Source: an uncultured bacterium
Lineage (GTDB): Bacteria; Hydrogenedentota; Hydrogenedentia; Hydrogenedentales; CAILVY01
Length of the DNA stretch: 64,000 nt
Direction: 5' to 3'
NCBI GenBank assembly: GCA_937951485.1
Contig: CALEDJ010000015.1
Coordinates: 45,311 to 109,310, forward strand
Shown: positions 51,832 to 61,600 of the stretch, one piece after another
How the letters are laid out: each line of letters starts with the position of its first letter
How positions within the stretch are numbered: position 1 is the first letter of the stretch
Made by a program: the position numbers and the translations under genes
Notes under the pieces: generated by a model
Told to the model about the DNA's origin: nothing
Database searches by the model: none
Seen by the model: the letters and a program-made list of their open reading frames with translations, nothing else

Positions 51832-52716
51832 TCAGTCTTTGGCGGCGCGGGGATCGAGCGCATCGCGGAGACCGTCGCCCAGAAAGTTCAGCGAAAACAA
51901 TGTGAGCGACAGCGCAATCCCCGGAAAAATCAGCAGCCAGGGATATTCCTCCATCGTCTCCACCCCTTCCTTGATCAACAGCCCCCAGGAACTCATCGGC
52001 GGCTGCACACCCAGCCCCAGGAAACTGAGGAACGCCTCCAGCAGCATGACCTGGGGAATGGTGAGCGTGGCATAGACGATGACCGGACCGAGCGTGTTCG
52101 GCGCGAGATGCACGAACAGGATGCGCAGCCGCTTCAGCCCCAGCACCACGGCGGCCTGGATAAACTCCTGTTCCCGCAACGACAACACCTGCCCGCGCAC
52201 GATGCGCGCCATGGTCAGCCAGTGCACCGCGCCAATGGCGAGAAACAGGAACACGAAATTGCGCCCGAAGAAGACCATGAGAATGATGACGAAGATGGTG
52301 AAGGGCAGCGCGTAGAGGATGTCCACAATGCGCATCATCAGCGCGTCCGCTCGACCGCCCGCGAATCCCGCCACCGCGCCGTAGGTGACGCCGATGATCA
52401 ACGACACGGCCGTGGCGATCACGCCGACCAAGAGCGAAATGCGGCCGCCATGCAGGAGGCGGGTGAGCAGATCACGGCCCAGCGGATCGGTGCCGAGCCA
52501 GTGTTGACGGGAGGGCGGCGCGGCCCCCAGGGCGGTGTCCTGCTCATCATAGGTATAGGGGCTGAACCACGGCCCGGCGATGGCCAGCGCGACAACCACG
52601 CCCAGCAGAATCAGCCCGGCCACCGCGGCGCGGTTTTTGACCAGCCGCCGCCATGCGTCCTGCCAGAGCGATTGGCCCCGTTCCAGTTCCTGCAAGGGGA
52701 TGTCGGTGGTGCTCAT
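51832..52716 (-). CDS. ABC transporter permease, OppC/DppC-like
   Basis: Binding-protein-dependent permease EAA-like region (..LSLREQEFIQAAVVLGLKRLRILFVHLAPN..). The start overlaps the oppB-like stop. Confidence 0.8.
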   Translation of the reverse strand: MSTTDIPLQELERGQSLWQDAWRRLVKNRAAVAGLILLGVVVALAIAGPWFSPYTYDEQDTALGAAPPSRQHWLGTDPLGRDLLTRLLHGGRISLLVGVIATAVSLIIGVTYGAVAGFAGGRADALMMRIVDILYALPFTIFVIILMVFFGRNFVFLFLAIGAVHWLTMARIVRGQVLSLREQEFIQAAVVLGLKRLRILFVHLAPNTLGPVIVYATLTIPQVMLLEAFLSFLGLGVQPPMSSWGLLIKEGVETMEEYPWLLIFPGIALSLTLFSLNFLGDGLRDALDPRAAKD

Positions 52717-53630
52717 GTGTGACGAATCCTGGGGTCCAGCCAGGCGCATGCGATGTCCGCCGCAAGGTTCAACGCCATGACCAGCACCGCATAGACCAGC
52801 ACCGTCCCGCTGATCATCGTATAATCGCGGTTGAAGGCCGATTCCACAAACTCTCGACCCAATCCCGGCACCTGGAAAATCGTTTCCACCACGAAAGACC
52901 CCGTGAGCAGCCCTGCCGTGGCCGGGCCGAGAAAAGCGATGGTCGGCTGAATGCCGCCGGGGAGCGCGTGGCGGATGACCACCCGCGCCTCGCTCATGCC
53001 CTTGGCGCGCGCCGTGCGGATGAAATCCCGCGACAGCGTTTCCAGCATGCCCGCGCGGGTCAGCCGCGCAATGTAGGCCGCGTACATCGCACCGAGCGTC
53101 AGCGACGGCAGCACCTTGTCGGCGGCGCTGCGCCAGCCCGCCACCGGCAGCCAGCCCAGCCACAGCGAAAACACCAGCACCAGCAGCGGCCCCAGCACGA
53201 AGTTGGGAATGCAGATGCCGGCCATGCCCAGCGCCATGGTCCCGTGATCTATTGCACTGTTCGGGCGCATCGCCGCCAGCAGTCCCGCCCCCATGCCCAG
53301 CGCCAGCGCCACCACCAGCGCATACGCGCCCAGTTCCAGCGAAACGGGCAGGCGCAGCAGAATCCATTCATTGACACTGCGGCTCGATTTGCGGAAGGAC
53401 GGTCCCAGGTCACCGTGAAATACCCCGCGCATGTATTCCCAGTATTGCACCAGCAGCGGCGCGTCGAGCCGGTAATGCGCCTCGAGGCGCTGTTGCGCCT
53501 CCGGCGAAACCCGCTTGTCCGCATCGAACGGGCCGCCCGGCGCCAACCGCACCATGAAAAACGTCAGCGTCATGATGATGAACAGCACCGGGAGGAATTC
53601 AAGCAGTCTTCTCGCGATATAGCGTGTCAT
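52713..53630 (-). CDS. ABC transporter permease, OppB/DppB-like
   Basis: MTRYIARRLLEFLPVLFIIMTLTFFMVRLAPGGPF... typical OppB N-terminus, and an EAA motif (RTARAKGMSEARVVIRHALP). No substrate-binding-protein or ATPase gene adjacent. Confidence 0.8.
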   Translation of the reverse strand: MTRYIARRLLEFLPVLFIIMTLTFFMVRLAPGGPFDADKRVSPEAQQRLEAHYRLDAPLLVQYWEYMRGVFHGDLGPSFRKSSRSVNEWILLRLPVSLELGAYALVVALALGMGAGLLAAMRPNSAIDHGTMALGMAGICIPNFVLGPLLVLVFSLWLGWLPVAGWRSAADKVLPSLTLGAMYAAYIARLTRAGMLETLSRDFIRTARAKGMSEARVVIRHALPGGIQPTIAFLGPATAGLLTGSFVVETIFQVPGLGREFVESAFNRDYTMISGTVLVYAVLVMALNLAADIACAWLDPRIRHT

Positions 53631-53735
53631 GATCAGCCCGCAAAGTTTATTCTACGCGATACTGCGGCATGTCTTTTCAGTTGATGGATTATAATCGCCG
53701 GGGCGCCGTTGAAGAAACCCGTGGAGGGACATGGA

Positions 53736-55154
53736 ATGCGACACCGGCGGATATCACGGAGAAATTGGATGCAGGGCATGGCCGGGATGATGGCCGGGAT
53801 GATGGCCGGGACGGCGCTGAGCCGCGCCGGCGGGGAAGAAAATCCTGGGCAAAGACCGAACCTGCTGATTGTCCTTACGGATGACCAGCATTTCCAGGCG
53901 ATGGGCTGCATGGGCAACCCGATCATCCAGACGCCGCAGATGGATGCGCTCGCGGCGCAAGGGGCGCTGTTCGCAAACGCCTTTGTGACCACGCCGATCT
54001 GCTGCACAAGCCGCGCCAGCATCCTCACGGGCATGTACGCCTGGAGCAACGGCGTCCACGATTTTCAGACGCCCCTTCCCCCGGACCTCCTCGAAATCAG
54101 TTATCCCGTGATGCTGCGGCGGCACGGGTATTACACCGGCTTTGTTGGCAAGTACGGCGTGGGGACAACGCCGCCGGCAGATGCCTTTGATTTCTTTTTC
54201 GGACTTCCCGGAAATGGACGCTATATCCAGGAGATCAACGGCGAGACGCAGCACATGACCGGCCTGCTTGCCGACCAGGCCGTTGCATTCCTGGAATCTT
54301 GTCCCGATAACGCGCCGTTCTGTCTGTCGCTGAGCACGCGTGCGCCCCACGCCGAGGACTACGACCCGCGCCCCTTCCCGCCGGACCCCGCCTTGGAACA
54401 TCTCTACTGCGATGTCGAAATCCCCGCGCCTGAACTGGTGAAACCGGAGTATTACGAGGCGCTGCCGCCGTTTCTCAAGGATTCCGAGGGCCGCAAGCGC
54501 TGGGAGAACAATTTCAACACGCCGGAACGCTATCAGGAGTCGGTGCGGGATTATTACCGGATGATCACCGGCGTGGACCATGCCATCGGCCGCCTCCGGG
54601 AAGTCCTGCGCCGGCGCGGCATGGACCACAACACCGTCATTCTTTTCACTTCCGACAACGGTTTCCTTCTCGGCGAGCGCGGCCTGTCCGACAAATGGTA
54701 CGCCTACGAGTCCTCCATCCGTGTGCCGTTCATTCTCTATGATCCCCGGCTGCCTGAAGCGCAACGGGGGCGGCGCGTCGAGGCCATGGCGCTGAACATT
54801 GACATCGCGCCGACCCTCCTCGACCTCGCGGGGATCGAAGCGCCGTCCGCAATGCAGGGGCGGAGCCTTTTGCCCTGGCTGCGCGGTGAAACGCCCCCCT
54901 GGCGGGAACACTGGTTCTTCGAGCACCGCTTCGACAGCCCCCACCACAAGATTCCGATGAGCGAGGGCGTGCGCAGCCCCCGCTGGAAGTATTTCCGGTG
55001 GATCAACGTCGAAGGAACCCCGGAAGAACTCTACGACCTGGAACAGGACCCGCTCGAAATCCGCAATCTCGCGGGAAATCCCGATTCCGCGGCCACCCTC
55101 GCCGAAATGCGCCTCTTGACGGAAGCATACCGGGAAACGCTGCCGAAGCGGTGA
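53736..55154 (+). CDS. Sulfatase (formylglycine-type, alkaline-phosphatase superfamily) with twin-arginine signal
   Basis: Tat-like MRHRRISRRNWMQGMAGMMAG. NLLIVLTDDQH and the active-site region TTPICCTSRASILTGMYAW (C-C-T-S-R variant of C-x-P-x-R). GGAGGG RBS. Confidence 0.85.
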   Translation: MRHRRISRRNWMQGMAGMMAGMMAGTALSRAGGEENPGQRPNLLIVLTDDQHFQAMGCMGNPIIQTPQMDALAAQGALFANAFVTTPICCTSRASILTGMYAWSNGVHDFQTPLPPDLLEISYPVMLRRHGYYTGFVGKYGVGTTPPADAFDFFFGLPGNGRYIQEINGETQHMTGLLADQAVAFLESCPDNAPFCLSLSTRAPHAEDYDPRPFPPDPALEHLYCDVEIPAPELVKPEYYEALPPFLKDSEGRKRWENNFNTPERYQESVRDYYRMITGVDHAIGRLREVLRRRGMDHNTVILFTSDNGFLLGERGLSDKWYAYESSIRVPFILYDPRLPEAQRGRRVEAMALNIDIAPTLLDLAGIEAPSAMQGRSLLPWLRGETPPWREHWFFEHRFDSPHHKIPMSEGVRSPRWKYFRWINVEGTPEELYDLEQDPLEIRNLAGNPDSAATLAEMRLLTEAYRETLPKR

Positions 55155-55158
55155 AAAT

Positions 55159-55320
55159 GTCGGACAAGTCGGACAAGTCGGACAGGTCGGACGGGTCGGA
55201 CGGGTCGGACGGGTCGGACGGGTCGGACGGGTCGGACGGGTCGGACGAGTCGGACGGGTCGGACGGGTCGGACGGGTCGGACGGGTCGGACGGGTCGGAC
55301 GGGTCGGACGAGTCGGACGG
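55159..55320 (+). repeat. Tandem array of 18 x 9-bp repeats, GTCGGAC(A/G)(A/G), with a palindromic GTCSGAC core
   Basis: Read directly: gtcggacaa gtcggacaa gtcggacag gtcggacgg (x many) gtcggacga ... It starts 5 nt after the sulfatase stop. Confidence 0.85.
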
Positions 55321-55449
55321 GGGAGAGTGGTCGGAAAGGGGCATTTTGAGCCTTTGGAATTGTTGTGGTCTGTTGCCATAGATGGCGAGAACCACGTATA
55401 TTGGCATTATGAGAATCACGACACCTGCCGCGGATGGGGAGCATAGCCC

Positions 55450-56202
55450 ATGAATGATCCAAAGGGGCCATTACTGCCGCACGGAGGATATCGGTCTCTA
55501 AAGAGTTATAAAGTGGCGGAAGCGATCTATGACGCGACCGTGGTGTTCTGCCGCCGATTCTTCCAGCAAGATCGCCGCATGACGGAGCAAATGGTTCAAG
55601 CCGCACGAAGCGGTGTGCGCAATATCAGCGAAGGAAGCGGCGCGTCAGCCACTTCCCGCAAGACGGAAATGAAACTGACCAACGTGGCCCGCGCCAGCCT
55701 GGCGGATGAATTGCTGCGGGATTATGAAAGTTTCCTCGTGCAGAGAGGGCTGCGTATCTGGCCGAAAGAATCGCGTGAGGCCCGTTTGATGCGCGACCGT
55801 TTGGCCAAAGATCAAGCCGATGACTTGCCACCTATTTCTGATGGAACCACCCGATTGACTGGTCTTTCCGGTTTGTCCGATTTTGTGTCCGAAGCAGACC
55901 CTGAAATCGTGGCCAATGCGATGATATGCGCGATTCACCAAGCCGTTTATCTGTTGAGCCGGCAACTGAAGAGTCAAGGTGAAGCGTTCCTGTCCGCGGG
56001 CGGGTTTTCAGAGAATCTCTATCATTCCCGGCAGCAAGCCCGCGAAGAAAATCACAGTGCGCCCGAATGCCCCGTCTGTGGCAAGCCCATGCGGCAACGC
56101 ACCGCAAGCAAAGGACCACACAAAGGGGAATCATTCTGGGGTTGCAGCGCTTATCCTGCCTGTACCGGCACGCGCTCCATGGACATAGAAAACCGCCGTT
56201 GA
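55450..56202 (+). CDS. Four-helix-bundle protein (TIGR02436 / 23S-rRNA-IVS / Avd-like family) fused to a C-terminal topoisomerase-type C4 zinc ribbon
   Basis: N-terminal motifs YKVAEAIYDATVVFCRRF...QMVQAARSGVRNISEGSGASATSRKTEMKLTNVARASLADELLRDYE match the four-helix-bundle family. C-terminal CPVCGKPMRQRTASKGPHKGESFWGCSAYPACTGTR matches zf-C4_Topoisom. GGGGAG RBS. Confidence 0.65.
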   Translation: MNDPKGPLLPHGGYRSLKSYKVAEAIYDATVVFCRRFFQQDRRMTEQMVQAARSGVRNISEGSGASATSRKTEMKLTNVARASLADELLRDYESFLVQRGLRIWPKESREARLMRDRLAKDQADDLPPISDGTTRLTGLSGLSDFVSEADPEIVANAMICAIHQAVYLLSRQLKSQGEAFLSAGGFSENLYHSRQQAREENHSAPECPVCGKPMRQRTASKGPHKGESFWGCSAYPACTGTRSMDIENRR

Positions 56203-56224
56203 TCCCTGCCATTCCCCTCCCCGT

Positions 56225-56368
56225 TTGTCCGCCCTGTCCGCCCCGTCCGCCCCGTCCGCCCTGTCCCACTCGTCCGACCTGTCCGACTGATCCGACTGGT
56301 CCGACCTGTCCGACTCGTCCGACTGGTCCGACTGGTCCGACTGGTCCGACTGGTCCGACTCGTCCGAC
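56225..56368 (-). repeat. Second tandem array (16 x 9 bp) of the same repeat in inverted orientation, (N)GTCCGAC(N)
   Basis: tgtccgccc..cgtccgacc tgtccgact ggtccgact (x5) cgtccgacc is the reverse complement of the 55159-55320 array. Together they bracket the 55450-56202 gene. Confidence 0.8.
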
Positions 56369-56443
56369 CCAGCACGTTCCTTCCCCCTCAAATTGACATC
56401 TGCGTCCGCTCTGGTGATACTCCCCCACAGGAGGAGGAAAACC

Positions 56444-58420
56444 ATGCCCGAAAAAAGGGTCAATCGCCGAAATTTCTTCCGGGACGCCGCCAACGCGGGT
56501 GCGTTGGCCGGCTACACGTTGCTGGTGCGGGTGGACGGCGCGCGCGGGGGGGAATCTTCCGGCGCGCCGCGTCCCGATTTTCAGCAGATCGCGCCCCCGG
56601 CGGACCATGCCGCGCGGCTGGCCGCGGAACCGAACATGACGGTGGCGGACCTTGCGTGCGATGTCATGGTCGCGGGCGGAGGCATGGCGGGGGTGTGCGC
56701 GGCGCTGGCGGCGGCGCGCCATGGGGCGAGGGTGGTGCTGGCGCAGGACCGTTCCCGTCTCGGCGGCAACGCAAGCAGCGAGGTCCGCATGCACATTGTC
56801 GGCGCAGACTGCCATAACGGGCGGCCCGGCTGGCGGGAAGGCGGCATCCTGGAGGAGTTGCGCCTGGAGAATGCGGTCCGCAATCCGCACGGCGCGTGGG
56901 AACTCTGGGACCTGATGCTCTACGACAAGGTGGTTTCGGAACCCAATATCACGCTGCTGCTCGATGCCACGGTCTATGCCGCGAAGGTCGGGGACGGTTG
57001 CATCCGGGAAGTGCTGGCGCGCTGCGACCGCACTGAACACATTTACCGCATCCGCGCCGCGCAGTACGCGGACTGCACCGGCGACAGCCGGCTCGGACTG
57101 GAAGCGGGGGCGCTGTTCCGCACCGGCCACGAATCGCGGGCGGCATTCGATGAACCCCTCGCGCCGGAGACGGAAGGACCGGAAACGCTGGGCAGCAGCA
57201 TTCTTTTCACCTCGAAGGACTACGGTCATCCGGTACCCTTTACGCCGCCGCCATGGGCGCGCAAAATTACCAAAGAGCAGTTGCGGCACCGCGGCATCCG
57301 TTCGTGGGAATACGGCTACTGGTGGATCGAGTGGGGCGGGATGATTGACGCGATCCGGGACGATGCGCGCATCCGCTTTGAATTGCTGTCCATTGTAATG
57401 GGCGTATGGGATTACATCAAGAACTCCGGCGCGTTTCCGGAAAGCGCCACCTGGGGGATGGATTGGGTCGGCATGATTCCGGGGCGGCGCTCAAGCCGCC
57501 GCCTGATTGGCCCGTACCTCCTCACGCAGCAGGATTTGATGGGACTGAACGGCGAATTCGAGGACGCCGTGGCCATCGGCGGCTGGTCTTTTGACGATCA
57601 CCCGCCCGGCGGTTTCGACGCGACGGAGAAGCCCCCGTGCCGACAGATCCATATTGAAGAACCCTATAACATCCCGTTGCGCGCGCTGTTCTCCGCGAAC
57701 GTGAAAAACCTGTTCATGGCCGGGCGCAACATCAGCGCATCGCACGTCGCGTTCACGTCGTTGCGGGTGATGGGTACCTGTGCCGTCGAAGGGCAGGCCA
57801 TCGGCACTGCGGCGGCGCTCTGCGCGCGGGAGGAAAAAACCCCGGAGGCATTGGTCGCGGACAGCGGGGCCGTCGCCGCCCTGCGGCAAGCCCTCCTGCG
57901 CGACGACCAGACCATCAAGGGCGCAAAGAATGAGGACCCGAACGACCTGGCGCGCCGCGCGCGCGCAAGCGCTTCGGGCGAAGTGAAAGGGAGCCGGGCG
58001 GCGCATGTGCTCGACGGTTTTGTGCGCGATATGCCGGGGGAGTGGGAGCATCGCTGGGGCGGCCCCATGACGCCGGAGGGGGCATGGATTGCGTTGGAAT
58101 GGGATGCGCCGCAGACCATTTCACACGTACAGATTTGTTTTGATTCCGGATTCAGCCGGGAGTTGACGCTTTCGGAAAACCAGTGGGTGCGCACGCGCAT
58201 CACCACCGGTCCGCAACCCGAAACGGTACGCGACTACGCGCTCCAGTATTGGGATGACAACCACGGCGATTGGAAAACCATTGTTGAAATCGCCGGCAAT
58301 TATCAACGGCTGCGACGGCACCATTTTCCGGCTGTCGAGACGAAGAAACTGCGACTGCAGATCACCGCAACCAACGGCGATCCCGAAGCGCGGGTCTATG
58401 AGATTCGGTGCTATGCGTAG
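56444..58420 (+). CDS. FAD-dependent oxidoreductase (pfam12831-like) with Tat signal and C-terminal discoidin/F5-8-C-like domain
   Basis: RRNFFRDAANAGALAGYTLL twin-arginine motif. DVMVAGGGMAGVCAALAAARHGARVVLAQDRSRLGGN dinucleotide-binding fold. AGGAGGAGG RBS. Confidence 0.7.
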   Translation: MPEKRVNRRNFFRDAANAGALAGYTLLVRVDGARGGESSGAPRPDFQQIAPPADHAARLAAEPNMTVADLACDVMVAGGGMAGVCAALAAARHGARVVLAQDRSRLGGNASSEVRMHIVGADCHNGRPGWREGGILEELRLENAVRNPHGAWELWDLMLYDKVVSEPNITLLLDATVYAAKVGDGCIREVLARCDRTEHIYRIRAAQYADCTGDSRLGLEAGALFRTGHESRAAFDEPLAPETEGPETLGSSILFTSKDYGHPVPFTPPPWARKITKEQLRHRGIRSWEYGYWWIEWGGMIDAIRDDARIRFELLSIVMGVWDYIKNSGAFPESATWGMDWVGMIPGRRSSRRLIGPYLLTQQDLMGLNGEFEDAVAIGGWSFDDHPPGGFDATEKPPCRQIHIEEPYNIPLRALFSANVKNLFMAGRNISASHVAFTSLRVMGTCAVEGQAIGTAAALCAREEKTPEALVADSGAVAALRQALLRDDQTIKGAKNEDPNDLARRARASASGEVKGSRAAHVLDGFVRDMPGEWEHRWGGPMTPEGAWIALEWDAPQTISHVQICFDSGFSRELTLSENQWVRTRITTGPQPETVRDYALQYWDDNHGDWKTIVEIAGNYQRLRRHHFPAVETKKLRLQITATNGDPEARVYEIRCYA

Positions 58421-58648
58421 ATTTTGGGGACACTGGGTCGGCCAGGTGGCTCGCTCAGGAGACCGGCCACAACAAAAACAGTTCCGTCTTTGCGAGCGGT
58501 GCGGTGCAGCGCGCCGCTGAGCGAAACAATCCAAGGTGAATTGGACATCCATATTGCCGCGCTCCGCTTCGCTTCGCTCGCAATGACGGGTACGACGGCA
58601 AAAATGGTGAAAATACGCGCTTTCTTTGCAGGCAAGGAGAAAGGTGAG

Positions 58649-61600
58649 ATGAAACGGAAGTTCTGGCGCAGGGTGATGCTTGTTTCATTCACGCTTGCGG
58701 CGTTGCTAGCCGCGCGGACCGAGGCGCAGGCGCGCCTGAAATGGTCGTATGAAACGACAGGTAAAATCTACGCATCGCCGATTCTTGCTGATTTGGACGG
58801 CGACGGTGCGGTCGAGATCATCGTGGCGGCGTCGCGGGACCAGCGGCTCTTGTGCCTGAACGGGCAGGGCGAACTGCTGTGGTCGTTCCAACTGGACGAC
58901 GGCAACAGGGACGGGTTTCAGGCCACGCCGTCCGTGGCGGATTACGACGGCGACGGCAGGCAGGAGGTGTTCTGGCTGACGCGGGGCGGCACGGCGGGAT
59001 GCGTGGATTATCAGGGCCGTCTGGTCTGGCGCGTGACGATGGGCGATGAGATGGATTACACCGGCCCTGTGTTGGCGGACCTTAACAACGATGGCCGCCT
59101 GGAGATTGTCTTCGGTTCGGAAAGCGGCACGCTCTATTGCCTCAACGACACGGGGCGCGTGTTGTGGCGCAAGCAGCACGTGGGCGACATGCGCGGCATC
59201 CCTGCGGTGGCGCGCATCGGCGACGCGCCCGCCATGCGGGTATATGCCGTGTTTGGCGGCGGCGTCGAGGCATGCTTCGACGCCGAAGGCAACACCCTCT
59301 GGGCGCACGAGGAAGGATTGCCCGCACGGCAACGGCGGTCCGGCGTGTCCATCGGCGATCTGAACGGCGACGGGCGCCTGGAAACGGTCTCCGCCACCGA
59401 AGATTTTCAGGTGGTCGCGCGCGACGCGGAAACCGGCGAGGAGCGCTGGCGTTTCAAGGGCAAAGGGCGCATAGACCAGACGTGCAGTTTCGCATTGGCG
59501 GACTTCGACGGTTCGGGCCGTCTCGATGTCGTCACTGGCGATTCCTCCGGCCATGTCTATCGCCTGCGCGATGGCGAGGCCGTCTGGATGACCGATACCG
59601 GCGGCGGCGTGGTGCAGGGGCCTGCCATTGGCGATGTGAACGGCGACGGCCGCCTCGATGTACTGGTTTCCTCACGGTCGAACCGGATGCTCTGCCTCGA
59701 CGGCGACACCGGCGCGATACAATGGGATTTTCCTACGCCCGCCGCCCCGCTGACAACGCCCGCACTCGGAGATGTGGACGGCGACGGCACGGTGGACATC
59801 ATCCTCACGAGCAAGGACCGTTTTGTCTATTGCCTGAACGCAGGCGGCAAATATGATCCGGCGCGGTTGCCCTGGCCGATGATGAACCGCGACCCGCAGT
59901 TGTCGGGCAACATGATGGGCGCGCGGTTCGAGATCGCGCCCGCGCCGCAGCCGCCCGAAACGCCTGTTGCGCCGGTATCGCTGGAGGCGTTCGGCCCGTT
60001 GCGCATGGGAAGAAACCCGCTTCAGTTTTCCTTCCACAACGACAGCCATCGCCGCCGCCGTCTGGAAGCGGTGACGAGCGTGCAGCGCCCCGACGGCAGC
60101 GTGATCACGCACCGGGCGGCCGACGAATGCACCCCCTATGAAACGAGAACACAGTCATTTGAACTGGAAGTCCTGGAAAGCGGTCCATATCGCCTCGACC
60201 TGTGCCTGATTGACGCAGGAACCGGCGCAATTCTCGCCGCGACGGACACCATCACGGAAGTGAAAGCCTTTGCCGTGGAACGCGCGGAGGCGCAAACCTG
60301 GTTCGAGGAGGGTACGCAGTTGGCGGACGCCATTGCGAATGAGGCGTTGCATGACCGCGCGCGTCGGGCGCTGGCCTCCGCGTGGGACACTGCCGACACG
60401 GCGCTGCGCGCCGCCGAGGCCGCCGCGCACCCGGACCGCCGCACGCTGATAACTGTGCGCGCGGCGCAGGCCGGCCTGTGCCGCACCCTGGCGAAACTCC
60501 GCGCCGTACATGCGACGCCTGGACCGGCGGATGCGTTCGCAGCCGTCCCGGAAACCTCCATGCGCAAGGTGTTCATGGACGAGCCCTGCCTGCTTGCGCC
60601 GCGCGAAGCGCGGCCGCTCCGCGTCGAACTCGCCCGCAATGAATACGAAAGCGCCCAACTGATCATCGTGCCGCTATGGACATCGCTGCGCGGGTTGCGT
60701 GTGCGGCCGAATGCCTTGCGGCAGGAAAACGGCGCTGGGGTACTGCCAGCGGACGCGATTCAGGTGCATCAGGTGGGGTATGTGGAGATCGGCCCGCCGG
60801 AATACAACTGGCACGTCGAAAAGGTGGGCCTTTATCCCGACCCGCTTCTGCCGTCCATGCCGGAATACATTCCCGCCGGACAGGACGCGCAGCCCTTCTA
60901 CATCACCGTGAAAACCACTGCGGATACGCCGCCCGGGGCATATCGCGGCGTTGTGACGGTAGAGGCCGACGGCGCGAATGCGCTGGAAATCCCGTTGGCG
61001 GTGAAGGTCTGGGATTTCGCCCTGCCCGACAAAACCACGCTGAAAACGTCGTTCTGGATGAAAGAAGCGCACATCAAGGCGTTCTATGGATATGAAGGCC
61101 GCACGCCGTTCGAGGTTCGCAAGCGGTACTACGACATGCATCTGGATCATCGGGTCGGACCGCTGATGGCACTGCCGCTCGGCGGCGGCGATATGCTCGA
61201 AGATTTCGAGTACGTTATCAGTCGGGGACAAAACAATTTCTTCATTCACACTCCCGACCTTTTCGGCCCGGAGGGCCGCGATGAATACCGCGAGAAGGCG
61301 CTCGCCACCCGCGCGTTGATCCGGGAAAAAGGCTGGGGCGATCTCGCGCTTTTCTACACCCACGACGAGGTGGCCGTGATGGCGCGGCATCTGATCCCCC
61401 AAGTGGTCGAAGTGAACAACTGGGTGAAGAGTTTTTTGCCCGATTGGCCGCGCCTGCAGACCAGTGCGCCGGAACAGGCGCTCGTCGGCGCAGTGGATGT
61501 CTGGTGCCCCACTATTGACCATTTCGATCCGGAAATGCTCGCCACACGCATGGCCCAGGGCGACCGCCTCTGGTTCTACACGGTCTGGGGACGGCCCGGC

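Noticed and set aside
54998-55381. Track ORFs encoding SDGSDG / DPSDPS repeat proteins across the arrays (54998-55381 plus, 55003-55419 minus, 56131-56493 minus)
   Set aside because: They start inside the sulfatase gene or run antisense, and they exist only because the 9-bp period keeps every frame open. They are treated as artefacts, apart from the low-probability short ORF noted in the findings.
55159-56368. The 9-bp tandem arrays considered as a CRISPR array
   Set aside because: The units are contiguous with no spacers, the period is only 9 bp, and no cas genes are present. This is a minisatellite-type tandem repeat, not CRISPR.
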